Below, piece after piece: positions 27,594 to 42,700 of a stretch of DNA of 64,000 nucleotides. The DNA is from Auanema rhodensis (lineage: Eukaryota > Animalia > Nematoda), in contig CAXKVF010000079.1 in assembly GCA_964057225.1 (NCBI GenBank), positions 248,001 through 312,000 on the forward strand, written 5' to 3'. The notes beneath the pieces are model-generated. The model worked only from the letters and a program-made list of their open reading frames with translations, was not told the DNA's origin and searched no databases. Each line of letters starts with the position of its first letter. Position 1 is the stretch's first letter. A program made the position numbers and the translations under genes.

Positions 27594-30060
27594 TTTATTG
27601 ATATTGGTTCATGGTAACCATGTCTTTGAAATTTACGTGAACTTTAATTTATGCTAATTAAATGTACACGTGATGTGCACTTGGTATGTAACTTGCTTCA
27701 CGTGAAGATAAAGAGATGCGGTTTTCAAAATTAGATTCCCCATGTCCATATTAGTCTAAAAACAATTTTTTATTGATATTGGTTCATGGTAACCATGACT
27801 TTGAAATTTACGTGAACTTTAATTTATGCTAATTAAATGTACACGTGATGTGCACTTGGTATGTAACTCGCTTCACGTGAAAGATAAAGGGATGCGGTTT
27901 TCAAAATTAGATTCCCCATGTCCATATTAGTCCAAAAACAATCTTTTATTGATATTGGTTCATGGTAACCATGTCTTTGAAATTTACGTGAACTTTAATT
28001 TATGCTAATTAAATGTACACGTGATGTGCACTTGGTATGTAACTCGCTTCACGTGAAAGATAAAGAGATGCGGTTTTCAAAATTAGATTCCCCATGTCCA
28101 TATTAGTTTAAAAACAAATTTTTATTGATATTGGTGCATGGTAACCATGACTTTGAAATTTACGTGAACTTTAATTTATGCTAATTAAATGTACACGTGA
28201 TGTGCACTTGGTATGTAACTCGCTTCACGTGAAAGATAAAGAGATGCGGTTTTCAAAATTAGATTCCCCATGTCCATATTAGTCTAAAAACAAATTTTTA
28301 TTGATATTGGTTCATGGTAACCATGTCTTTGAAATTTACGTGAACTTTAATTTATGCTAATTAAATGTACACGTGATGTGCACTTGGTATGTAACTCGCT
28401 TCACGTGAAAGATAAAGAGATGCGGTTTTCAAAATTAGATTCCCCATGTCCATATTAGTCTAAAAACAAATTTTTATTGATATTGGTTCATGGTAACCAT
28501 GTCTTTGAAATTTACGTGAACTTTAATTTATGCTAATTAAATGTACACGTGATGTGCACTTGGTATGTAACTTGCTTCACGTGAAGATAAAGAGATGCGG
28601 TTTTCAAAATTAGATTCCCCATGTCCATATTAGTCTAAAAACAAATTTTTATTGATATTGGTTCATGGTAACCATGACTTTGAAATTTACGTGAACTTTA
28701 ATTTATGCTAATTAAATGTACACGTGATGTGCACTTGGTATGTAACTCGCTTCACGTGAAAGATAAAGAGATGCGGTTTTCAAAATTAGATTCCCCATGT
28801 CCATATTAGTCTAAAAACAAATTTTTATTGATATTGGTTCATGGTAACCATGTCTTTGAAATTTACGTGAACTTTAATTTATGCTAATTAAATGTACACG
28901 TGATGTGCACTTGGTATGTAACTTGCTTCACGTGAAGATAAAGAGATGCGGTTTTCAAAATTAGATTCCCCATGTCCATATTAGTCTAAAAACAATTTTT
29001 TATTGATATTGGTTCATGGTAACCATGACTTTGAAATTTACGTGAACTTTAATTTATGCTAATTAAATGTACACGTGATGTGCACTTGGTATGTAACTCG
29101 CTTCACGTGAAAGATAAAGGGATGCGGTTTTCAAAATTAGATTCCCCATGTCCATATTAGTCCAAAAACAATCTTTTATTGATATTGGTTCATGGTAACC
29201 ATGTCTTTGAAATTTACGTGAACTTTAATTTATGCTAATTAAATGTACACGTGATGTGCACTTGGTATGTAACTCGCTTCACGTGAAAGATAAAGAGATG
29301 CGGTTTTCAAAATTAGATTCCCCATGTCCATATTAGTTTAAAAACAAATTTTTATTGATATTGGTGCATGGTAACCATGACTTTGAAATTTACGTGAACT
29401 TTAATTTATGCTAATTAAATGTACACGTGATGTGCACTTGGTATGTAACTCGCTTCACGTGAAAGATAAAGAGATGCGGTTTTCAAAATTAGATTCCCCA
29501 TGTCCATATTAGTCTAAAAACAAATTTTTATTGATATTGGTTCATGGTAACCATGTCTTTGAAATTTACGTGAACTTTAATTTATGCTAATTAAATGTAC
29601 ACGTGATGTGCACTTGGTATGTAACTCGCTTCACGTGAAAGATAAAGAGATGCGGTTTTCAAAATTAGATTCCCCATGTCCATATTAGTCTAAAAACAAA
29701 TTTTTATTGATATTGGTTCATGGTAACCATGTCTTTGAAATTTACGTGAACTTTAATTTATGCTAATTAAATGTACACGTGATGTGCACTTGGTATGTAA
29801 CTTGCTTCACGTGAAGATAAAGAGATGCGGTTTTCAAAATTAGATTCCCCATGTCCATATTAGTCTAAAAACAAATTTTTATTGATATTGGTTCATGGTA
29901 ACCATGACTTTGAAATTTACGTGAACTTTAATTTATGCTAATTAAATGTACACGTGATGTGCACTTGGTATGTAACTCGCTTCACGTGAAAGATAAAGAG
30001 ATGCGGTTTTCAAAATTAGATTCCCCATGTCCATATTAGTCTAAAAACAAATTTTTATTG
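26400..30060. repeat. About three copies of a 7-monomer unit, offsets 1230-1231 bp
   Basis: The deletion monomer with ACAATTTTTT, followed by a GGGAT/GTCCAAA/CAATCTT monomer, occurs at about 26461, 27692 and 28922; a second deletion monomer occurs at about 28571/29801. Confidence 0.75.
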
Positions 30061-32299
30061 ATATTGGTTCATGGTAACCATGACTTTGAAATTTACGTGA
30101 ACTTTAATTTATGCTAATTAAATGTACACGTGATGTGCACTTGGTATGTAACTCGCTTCACGTGAAAGATAAAGGGATGCGGTTTTCAAAATTAGATTCC
30201 CCATGTCCATATTAGTCCAAAAACAAATTTTTATTGATATTGGTTCATGGTAACCATGTCTTTGAAATTTACGTGAACTTTAATTCATGCTAATTAAATG
30301 TACACGTGATGTGCACTTGGTATGTAACTCGCTTCACGTGAAAGATAAAGAGATGCGGTTTTCAAAATTAGATTCCCCATGTCCATATTAGTCTAAAAAC
30401 AACTTTTTATTGATATTGGTTCATGGTAACCATGTCTTTGAAATTTACGTGAACTTTAATTTATGCTAATTAAATGTACACGTGATGTGCACTTGGTATG
30501 TAACTCGCTTCACGTGAAAGATAAAGAGATGCGGTTTTCAAAATTTGATTCCCCATGTCCATATTAGTCTAAAAACAAATTTTTATTGATATTGGTTCAT
30601 GGTAACCATGTCTTTGAAATTTACGTGAACTTTAATTTATGCTAATTAAATGTACACGTGATGTGCACTTGGTATGTAACTCGCTTCACGTGAAAGATAA
30701 AGAGATGCGGTTTTCAAAATTAGATTCCCCATGTCCATATTAGTTTAAAAACAAATTTTTATTGATATTGGTGCATGGTAACCATGACTTTGAAATTTAC
30801 GTGAACTTTAATTTATGCTAATTAAATGTACACGTGATGTGCACTTGGTATGTAACTCGCTTCACGTGAAAGATAAAGAGATGTGGTTTTCAAAATTAGA
30901 TTCCCCATGTCCATATTAGTTTAAAAACAAATTTTTATTGATATTGGTGCATGGTAACCATGACTTTGAAATTTACGTGAACTTTAATTTATGCTAATTA
31001 AATGTACACGTGATGTGCACTTGGTATGTAACTCGCTTCACGTGAAAGATAAAGAGATGCGGTTTTCAAAATTAGATTCCCCATGTCCATATTAGTCTAA
31101 AAACAACTTTTTATTGATATTGGTTCATGGTAACCATGACATTGAAATTTACGTGAACTTTAATTCATGCTAATTAAATGTACACGTGATGTGCACTTGT
31201 TATGTAACTCGCTTCACGTGAAAGATAAAGAGATGCGGTTTTCAAAATTAGATTCCCCATGTCCATATTAGTTTAAAAACAAATTTTTATTGATATTGGT
31301 GCATGGTAACCATGACTTTGAAATTTACGTGAACTTTAATTTATGCTAATTAAATGTACACGTGATGTGCACTTGGTATGTAACTCGCTTCACGTGAAAG
31401 ATAAAGAGATGCGGTTTTCAAAATTAGATTCCCCATGTCCATATTAGTCTAAAAACAAATTTTTATTGATATTGGTTCATGGTAACCATGTCTTTGAAAT
31501 TTACGTGAACTTTAATTTATGCTAATTAAATGTACACGTGATGTGCACTTGGTATGTAACTCGCTTCACGTGAAAGATAAAGAGATGCGGTTTTCAAAAT
31601 TAGATTCCCCATGTCCATATTAGTCTAAAAACAAATTTTTATTGATATTGGTTCATGGTAACCATGTCTTTGAAATTTACGTGAACTTTAATTTATGCTA
31701 ATTAAATGTACACGTGATGTGCACTTGGTATGTAACTTGCTTCACGTGAAGATAAAGAGATGCGGTTTTCAAAATTAGATTCCCCATGTCCATATTAGTC
31801 TAAAAACAAATTTTTATTGATATTGGTTCATGGTAACCATGACTTTGAAATTTACGTGAACTTTAATTTATGCTAATTAAATGTACACGTGATGTGCACT
31901 TGGTATGTAACTCGCTTCACGTGAAAGATAAAGGGATGCGGTTTTCAAAATTAGATTCCCCATGTCCATATTAGTCCAAAAACAAATTTTTATTGATATT
32001 GGTTCATGGTAACCATGTCTTTGAAATTTACGTGAACTTTAATTTATGCTAATTAAATGTACACGTGATGTGCACTTGGTATGTAACTCGCTTCACGTGA
32101 AAGATAAAGAGATGCGGTTTTCAAAATTTGATTCCCCATGTCCATATTAGTCTAAAAACAAATTTTTATTGATATTGGTTCATGGTAACCATGTCTTTGA
32201 AATTTACGTGAACTTTAATTTATGCTAATTAAATGTACACGTGATGTGCACTTGGTATGTAACTCGCTTCACGTGAAAGATAAAGAGATGCGGTTTTCA

Positions 32300-35200
32300 A
32301 AATTAGATTCCCCATGTCCATATTAGTTTAAAAACAAATTTTTATTGATATTGGTGCATGGTAACCATGACTTTGAAATTTACGTGAACTTTAATTTATG
32401 CTAATTAAATGTACACGTGATGTGCACTTGGTATGTAACTCGCTTCACGTGAAAGATAAAGAGATGCGGTTTTCAAAATTAGATTCCCCATGTCCATATT
32501 AGTTTAAAAACAAATTTTTATTGATATTGGTGCATGGTAACCATGACTTTGAAATTTACGTGAACTTTAATTTATGCTAATTAAATGTACACGTGATGTG
32601 CACTTGGTATGTAACTCGCTTCACGTGAAAGATGAAGAGATGCGGTTTTCAAAATTAGATTCCCCATGTCCATATTAGTCTAAAAACAACTTTTTATTGA
32701 TATTGGTTCATGGTAACCATGACATTGAAATTTACGTGAACTTTAATTCATGCTAATTAAATGTACACGTGATGTGCACTTGTTATGTAACTCGCTTCAC
32801 GTGAAAGATGAAGAGATGCGGTTTTCAAAATTAGATTCCCCATGTCCATATTAGTCTAAAAACAAATTTTTATTGATATTGGTTCATGGTAACCATGACT
32901 TTGAAATTTACGTGAACTTTAATTTATGCTAATTAAATGTACACGTGATGTGCACTTGGTATGTAACTCGCTTCACGTGAAAGATAAAGAGATGCGGTTT
33001 TCAAAATTAGATTCCCCATGTCCATATTAGTCTAAAAACAAATTTTTATTGATATTGGTGCATGGTAACCATGACTTTGAAATTTACGTGAACTTTAATT
33101 TATGCTAATTAAATGTACACGTGATGTGCACTTGGTATGTAACTCGCTTCACGTGAAAGATAAAAAGATGCGGTTTTCAAAATTAGATTCCCCATGTCCA
33201 TATTAGTCTAAAAACAAATTTTTATTGATATTGGTGCATGGTAACCATGTCTTTGAAATTTACGTGAACTTTAATTCATGCTAATTAAATGTACACGTGA
33301 TGTGCACTTGGTATGTTACTCGCTTCACGTAAAAGATAAAGAGATGCGGTTTCAAAATTAGATTCCCCATGTCCATATTAGTCTAAAAACAAATTTTTAT
33401 TGATATTGGTTCATGGTAACCATGTCTTTGAAATTTACGTGAACTTTAATTTATGCTAATTAAATGTACACGTGATGTGCACTTGGTATGTAACCCGCTT
33501 CACGTGAAAGATAAAGAGATGCGGTTTTCAAAATTAGATTCCCCATGTCCATATTAGTCTAAAAACAACTTTTTATTGATATTGGTTCATGGTAACCATG
33601 ACATTGAAATTTACGTGAACTTTAATTCATGCTAATTAAATGTACACGTGATGTGCACTTGTTATGTAACTCGCTTCACGTGAAAGATGAAGAGATGCGG
33701 TTTTCAAAATTAGATTCCCCATGTCCATATTAGTCTAAAAACAAATTTTTATTGATATTGGTGCATGGTAACCATGACTTTGAAATTTACGTGAATTTTA
33801 ATTTATGCTAATTAAATGTACACGTGATGTGCACTTGGTATGTAACCCGCTTCACGTGAAAGATAAAGAGATGCGGTTTTCACAATTAGATTCCCCATGT
33901 CCATATTAGTCTAAAAACAAATTTTTATTGATATTGGTGCATGGTAACCATGACTTTGAAATTTACATGAACTTTAATTTATGCTAATTAAATGTACACG
34001 TGATGTGCACTTGGTATGTAACTCGCTTCACGTGAAAGATAAAGAGATGCGGTTTTCAAAATTAGATTCCCCATGTCCATATTAGTCTAAAAACAAATTT
34101 TTATTGATATTGGTGCATGGTAACCATGTCTTTGAAATTTACGTGAACTTTAATTCATGCTAATTAAATGTACACGTGATGTGCACTTGGTATGTAACTC
34201 GCTTCACGTAAAAGATAAAGAGATGCGGTTTCAAAATTAGATTCCCCATGTCCATATTAGTCTAAAAACAAATTTTTATTGATATTGTTTCATGGTAACC
34301 ATGTCTTTGAAATTTACGTGAACTTTAATTTATGCTAATTAAATGTACACGTGATGTGCACTTGGTATGTAACCCGCTTCACGTAAAAGATAAAGAGATG
34401 CGGTTTTCAAAATTAGATTCCCCATGTCCATCTTAGTCTAAAAACAACTTTTTATTGATATTGGTTCATGGTAACCATGACTTTGAAATTTACGTGAACT
34501 TTAATTTATGCTAATTAAATGTACACGTGATGTGCACTTGTTATGTAACTCGCTTCACGTGAAAGATGAAGAGATGCGGTTTTCAAAATTAGATTCCCCA
34601 TGTCCATATTAGTTTAAAAACAAATTTTTATTGATATTGGTGCATGGTAACCATGACTTTGAAATTTACGTGAACTTTAATTTATGCTAATTAAATGTAC
34701 ACGTGATGTGCACTTGGTATGTAACTCGCTTCACGTGAAAGATAAAGAGATGCGGTTTTCAAAATTAGATTCCCCATGTCCATATTAGTTTAAAAACAAA
34801 TTTTTATTGATATTGGTGCATGGTAACCATGACTTTGAAATTTACGTGAACTTTAATTTATGCTAATTAAATGTACACGTGATGTGCACTTGGTATGTAA
34901 CTCGCTTCACGTGAAAGATGAAGAGATGCGGTTTTCAAAATTAGATTCCCCATGTCCATATTAGTCTAAAAACAACTTTTTATTGATATTGGTTCATGGT
35001 AACCATGACATTGAAATTTACGTGAACTTTAATTCATGCTAATTAAATGTACACGTGATGTGCACTTGTTATGTAACTCGCTTCACGTGAAAGATGAAGA
35101 GATGCGGTTTTCAAAATTAGATTCCCCATGTCCATATTAGTCTAAAAACAAATTTTTATTGATATTGGTTCATGGTAACCATGACTTTGAAATTTACGTG

Positions 35201-36770
35201 AACTTTAATTTATGCTAATTAAATGTACACGTGATGTGCACTTGGTATGTAACTCGCTTCACGTGAAAGATAAAGAGATGCGGTTTTCAAAATTAGATTC
35301 CCCATGTCCATATTAGTCTAAAAACAAATTTTTATTGATATTGGTGCATGGTAACCATGACTTTGAAATTTACGTGAACTTTAATTTATGCTAATTAAAT
35401 GTACACGTGATGTGCACTTGGTATGTAACTCGCTTCACGTGAAAGATAAAAAGATGCGGTTTTCAAAATTAGATTCCCCATGTCCATATTAGTCTAAAAA
35501 CAAATTTTTATTGATATTGGTGCATGGTAACCATGTCTTTGAAATTTACGTGAACTTTAATTCATGCTAATTAAATGTACACGTGATGTGCACTTGGTAT
35601 GTTACTCGCTTCACGTAAAAGATAAAGAGATGCGGTTTCAAAATTAGATTCCCCATGTCCATATTAGTCTAAAAACAAATTTTTATTGATATTGGTTCAT
35701 GGTAACCATGTCTTTGAAATTTACGTGAACTTTAATTTATGCTAATTAAATGTACACGTGATGTGCACTTGGTATGTAACCCGCTTCACGTGAAAGATAA
35801 AGAGATGCGGTTTTCAAAATTAGATTCCCCATGTCCATATTAGTCTAAAAACAACTTTTTATTGATATTGGTTCATGGTAACCATGACATTGAAATTTAC
35901 GTGAACTTTAATTCATGCTAATTAAATGTACACGTGATGTGCACTTGTTATGTAACTCGCTTCACGTGAAAGATGAAGAGATGCGGTTTTCAAAATTAGA
36001 TTCCCCATGTCCATATTAGTCTAAAAACAAATTTTTATTGATATTGGTGCATGGTAACCATGACTTTGAAATTTACGTGAATTTTAATTTATGCTAATTA
36101 AATGTACACGTGATGTGCACTTGGTATGTAACCCGCTTCACGTGAAAGATAAAGAGATGCGGTTTTCAAAATTAGATTCCCCATGTCCATATTAGTCTAA
36201 AAACAAATTTTTATTGATATTGGTGCATGGTAACCATGACTTTGAAATTTACATGAACTTTAATTTATGCTAATTAAATGTACACGTGATGTGCACTTGG
36301 TATGTAACTCGCTTCACGTGAAAGATAAAGAGATGCGGTTTTCAAAATTAGATTCCCCATGTCCATATTAGTCTAAAAACAAATTTTTATTGATATTGGT
36401 GCATGGTAACCATGTCTTTGAAATTTACGTGAACTTTAATTCATGCTAATTAAATGTACACGTGATGTGCACTTGGTATGTAACTCGCTTCACGTAAAAG
36501 ATAAAGAGATGCGGTTTCAAAATTAGATTCCCCATGTCCATATTAGTCTAAAAACAAATTTTTATTGATATTGGTTCATGGTAACCATGTCTTTGAAATT
36601 TACGTGAACTTCAATTTATGCTAATTAAATGTACACGTGATGTGCACTTGGTATGTAACCCGCTTCACGTAAAAGATAAAGAGATGCGGTTTTCAAAATT
36701 AGATTCCCCATGTCCATCTTAGTCTAAAAACAACTTTTTATTGATATTGGTTCATGGTAACCATGACATT
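32300..36770. repeat. Tandem 13-monomer duplication, offset 2286 bp, with a few differences between copies
   Basis: ATGTTACT at 33317/35603; TTTACATG at 33967/36253; AACCCGC, GTGAATTT, CATCTTAG and TAAAAAGAT variants in register. 13x176-2=2286. Confidence 0.85.
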
Positions 36771-39700
36771 GAAATTTACATGAACTTTAATTCATGCTAA
36801 TTAAATGTACACGTGATGTGCACTTGTTATGTAACTCGCTTCACGTGAAAGATGAAGAGATGCGGTTTTCAAAATTAGATTCCCCATGTCCATATTAGTC
36901 TAAAAACAAATTTTTATTGATATTGGTGCATGGTAACCATGACTTTGAAATTTACGTGAATTTTAATTTATGCTAATTAAATGTACACGTGATGTGCACT
37001 TGGTATGTAACTCGCTTCACGTGAAAGATAAAGAGATGCGGTTTTCAAAATTAGATTCCCCATGTCCATATTAGTCTAAAAACAAATTTTTATCGATATT
37101 GGTTCATGGTAACCATGACTTTGAAATTTACGTGAACTTTAATTTATGCTAATTAAATGTACACGTGATGTGCACTTGGTATGTAACTCGCTTCACGTGA
37201 AAGATAAAGAGATGCGGTTTTCAAAATTTGATTCCCCATGTCCATATTAGTCTAAAAACAAATTTTTATTGATATTGGTTCATGGTAACCATGACTTTGA
37301 AATTTACGTGAACTTTAATTTATGCTAATTAAATGTACACGTGATGTGCACTTGGTATGTAACTCGCTTCACGTGAAAGATAAAAAGATGCGGTTTTCAA
37401 AATTAGATTCCCCATGTCCATATTAGTTTAAAAATAAATTTTTATTGATATTGGTGCATGGTAACCATGACTTTGAAATTTACGTGAACTTTAATTTATG
37501 CTTATTAAATGTACACTTGATGTGCACTTGGTATGTAACTCGCTTCACGTAAAAGATGAAGAGATGCGGTTTCCAAATTTAGATTCCCCATGTCCATATT
37601 AGTCTAAAAACAAATTTTTATTGATATTGGTTCATGGTAACCATGTCTTTGAAATTTACGTGAACTTTAATTTCTGCTAATTAAATGTACACGTGATGTG
37701 CACTTGGTATGTAACTCGCTTCACGTAAAAGATAAAGAGATGCGGTTTTCAAAATTAGATTCCCCATGTCCATATTAGTCTAAAAACAAATTTTTATTGA
37801 TATTGGTTCATGGTAACCATGTCTTTGAAATTTACGTGAACTTTAATTTATGCTAATTAAATGTACACGTGATGTGCACTTGGTATGTAACTCGCTTCAC
37901 GTGAAAGATAAAGAGATGCGGTTTTCAAAATTAGATTCCCCATGTCCATATTAGTCTAAAAACAACTTTTTATTGATATTGGTTCATGGTAACCATGACT
38001 TTGAAATTTACGTGAACTTTAATTCATGCTAATTAAATGTACACGTGATGTGCACTTGGTATGTAACTCGCTTCACGTGAAAGATAAAGAGATGCAGTTT
38101 TCAAAATTAGATTCCCCATGTCCATATTAGTTTAAAAACAAATTTTTATTGATATTGGTGCATGGTAACCATGACTTTGAAATTTACGTGAACTTTAATT
38201 CATGCTAATTAAATGTACACGTGATGTGCACTTGGTATGTAACTCGCTTCACGTAAAAGATAAAGAGATGCGGTTTTCAAAATTAGATTCCCCATGTCCA
38301 TATTAGTCTAAAAACAACTTTTTATTGATATTGGTTCATGGTAACCATGACTTTGAAATTTACGTGAACTTTAATTTATGCTAATTAAATGTACACGTGA
38401 TGTGCACTTGGTATGTAACTCGCTTCACGTGAAAGATAAAGAGATGCAGTTTTCAAAATTAGATTCCCCATGTCCATATTAGTTTAAAAACAAATTTTTA
38501 TTGATATTGGTGCATGGTAACCATGACTTTGAAATTTACGTGAACTTTAATTTATGCTTATTAAATGTACACGTGATGTGCACTTGGTATGTAACTCGCT
38601 TCACGTAAAAGATAAAGAGATGCGGTTTCCAAAATTAGATTCCCCATGTCCATATTAGTCTAAAAACAAATTTTTATTGATATTGGTGCATGGTAACCAT
38701 GACTTTGAAATTTACGTGAACTTTAATTCATGCTAATTAAATGTACACGTGATGTGCACTTGGTATGTAACTCGCTTCACGTGAAAGATAAAGAGATGCA
38801 GTTTTCAAAATTAGATTCCCCATGTCCATATTAGTTTAAAAACAAATTTTTATTGATATTGGTGCATGGTAACCATGACTTTGAAATTTACGTGAACTTT
38901 AATTCATGCTAATTAAATGTACACGTGATGTGCACTTGGTATGTAACTCGCTTCACGTAAAAGATAAAGAGATGCGGTTTTCAAAATTAGATTCCCCATG
39001 TCCATATTAGTCTAAAAACAACTTTTTATTGATATTGGTTCATGGTAACCATGACTTTGAAATTTACGTGAACTTTAATTTATGCTAATTAAATGTACAC
39101 GTGATGTGCACTTGGTATGTAACTCGCTTCACGTGAAAGATAAAGAGATGCGGTTTTCAAAATTAGATTCCCCATGTCCATATTAGTCTAAAAACAACTT
39201 TTTATTGATATTGGTTCATGGTAACCATGACATTGAAATTTACGTGAACTTTAATTCATGCTAATTAAATGTACACGTGATGTGCACTTGGTATGTAACT
39301 CGCTTCACTTGAAAGATAAAGAGATGCGGTTTTCAAAATTAGATTCCCCATGTCCATATTAGTCTAAAAACAAATTTTTATTGATATTGGTTCATGGTAA
39401 CCATGACTTTGAAATTTACGTGAACTTTAATTTATGCTAATTAAATGTACACGTGATGTGCACTTGGTATGTAACTCGCTTCACGTGAAAGATAAAAAGA
39501 TGCGGTTTTCAAAATTAGATTTCCCATGTCCATATTAGTCTAAAAACAAATTTTTATTGATATTGGTTCATGGTAACCATGTCTTTGAAATTTACGTGAA
39601 CTTTAATTTATGCTAATTAAATGTACACGTGATGTGCACTTGGTATGTAACTCGCTTCACGTGAAAGATAAAGAGATGCGGTTTTCAAAATTAGATTCCC

Positions 39701-42700
39701 CATGTCCATATTAGTCTAAAAACAACTTTTTATTGATATTGGTTCGTGGTAACCATGACTTTGAAATTTACGTGAACTTTAATTCATGCTAATTAAATGT
39801 ACACGTGATGTGCACTTGGTATGTAACTCGCTTCACGTGAAAGATAAAGAGATGCAGTTTTCAAAATTAGATTCCCCATGTCCATATTAGTTTAAAAACA
39901 AATTTTTATTGATATTGGTGCATGGTAACCATGACTTTGAAATTTACGTGAACTTTAATTCATGCTAATTAAATGTACACGTGATGTGCACTTGGTATGT
40001 AACTCGCTTCACGTAAAAGATAAAGAGATGCGGTTTTCAAAATTAGATTCCCCATGTCCATATTAGTCTAAAAACAACTTTTTATTGATATTGGTTCATG
40101 GTAACCATGACTTTGAAATTTACGTGAACTTTAATTTATGCTAATTAAATGTACACGTGATGTGCACTTGGTATGTAACTCGCTTCACGTGAAAGATAAA
40201 GAGATGCAGTTTTCAAAATTAGATTCCCCATGTCCATATTAGTTTAAAAACAAATTTTTATTGATATTGGTGCATGGTAACCATGACTTTGAAATTTACG
40301 TGAACTTTAATTTATGCTTATTAAATGTACACGTGATGTGCACTTGGTATGTAACTCGCTTCACGTAAAAGATAAAGAGATGCGGTTTCCAAAATTAGAT
40401 TCCCCATGTCCATATTAGTCTAAAAACAAATTTTTATTGATATTGGTTCATGGTAACCATGTCTTTGAAATTTACGTGAACTTTAATTTATGCTAATTAA
40501 ATGTACACGTGATGTGCACTTGGTATGTAACTCGCTTCACGTGAAAGATAAAGAGATGCGGTTTTCAAAATTAGATTCCCCATGTCCATATTAGTTTAAA
40601 AACAAATTTTTATTGATATTGGTGCATGGTAACCATGACTTTGAAATTTACGTGAACTTTAATTCATGCTAATTAAATGTACACGTGATGTGCACTTGGT
40701 ATGTAACTCGCTTCACGTAAAAGATAAAGAGATGCGGTTTTCAAAATTAGATTCCCCATGTCCATATTAGTCTAAAAACAAATTTTTATTGATATTGGTT
40801 CATGGTAACCATGTCTTTGAAATTTACGTGAACTTTAATTTATGCTAATTAAATGTACACGTGATGTGCACTTGGTATGTAACTCGCTTCACGTGAAAGA
40901 TAAAGAGATGCGGTTTTCAAAATTAGATTCCCCATGTCCATATTAGTCTAAAAACAACTTTTTATTGATATTGGTTCATGGTAACCATGACATTGAAATT
41001 TACGTGAACTTTAATTCATGCTAATTAAATGTACACGTGATGTGCACTTGTTATGTAACTCGCTTCACGTGAAAGATGAAGAGATGCGGTTTTCAAAATT
41101 AGATTCCCCATGTCCATATTAGTCTAAAAACAAATTTTTATTGATATTAGTGCATGGTAACCATGACTTTGAAATTTACGTGAACTTTAATTTATGCTAA
41201 TTAAATGTACACGTGATGTGCACTTGGTATGTAACTCGCTTCACGTGAAAGATAAAGAGATGCGGTTTTCAAAATTAGATTCCCCATGTCCATATTAGTC
41301 TAAAAACAACTTTTTATTGATATTGGTTCATGGTAACCATGACATTGAAATTTACGTGAACTTTAATTCATGCTAATTAAATGTACACGTGATGTGCACT
41401 TGTTATGTAACTCGCTTCACGTGAAAGATGAAGAGATGCGGTTTTCAAAATTAGATTCCCCATGTCCATATTAGTCTAAAAACAAATTTTTATTGATATT
41501 GGTGCATGGTAACCATGACTTTGAAATTTACGTGAACTTTAATTTATGCTAATTAAATGTACACGTGATGTGCACTTGGTATGTAACTCGCTTCACGTGA
41601 AAGATAAAGAGATGCGGTTTTCAAAATTAGATTCCCCATGTCCATATTAGTCTAAAAACAAATTTTTATTGATATTGGTTCATGGTAACCATGACTTTGA
41701 AATTTACGTGAACTTTAATTTATGCTAATTAAATGTACACGTGATGTGCACTTGGTATGTAACTCGCTTCACGTGAAAGATAAAGAGATGCGGTTTTCAA
41801 AATTAGATTCCCCATGTTCATATTAGTCTAAAAACAAATTTTTATTGATATTGGTTCATGGTAACCATGACTTTGAAATTTACGTGAACTTTAATTTATG
41901 CTAATTAAATGTACACGTGGTGTGCACTTGGTATGTAACTCGCTTCACGTGAAAGATAAAGAGATGCAGTTTTCAAAATTAGATTCCCCATGTCCATATT
42001 AGTCTAAAAACAAATTTTTATTGATATTGGTTCATGGTAACCATGACTTTGAAATTTACGTGAACTTTAGTTTATGCTAATTAAATGTACACGTGGTGTG
42101 CACTTGGTATGTAACTCGCTTCACGTGAAAGATAAAGAGATGCAGTTTTCAAAATTAGATTCCCCATGTCCATATTAGTCTAAAAACAAATTTTTATTGA
42201 TATTGGTTCATGGTAACCATGACTTTGAAATTTACGTGAACTTTAGTTTATGCTAATTAAATGTACACGTGGTGTGCACTTGGTATGTAACTCGCTTCAC
42301 GTGAAAGATAAAGAGATGCAGTTTTCAAAATTAGATTCCCCATGTCCATATTAGTCTAAAAACAAATTTTTATTGATATTAGTGCATGGTAACCATGACT
42401 TTGAAATTTACGTGAACTTTAGTTTATGCTAATTAAATGTACACGTGGTGTGCACTTGGTATGTAACTCGCTTCACGTGAAAGATAAAGAGATGCAGTTT
42501 TCAAAATTAGATTCCCCATGTCCATATTAGTCTAAAAACAAATTTTTATTGATATTGGTTCATGGTAACCATGACTTTGAAATTTACGTGAACTTTAATT
42601 TATGCTAATTAAATGTACACGTGATGTGCACTTGGTATGTAACTCGCTTCACGTGAAAGATAAAGAGATGCGGTTTTCAAAATTATATTCCCCATGTCCA

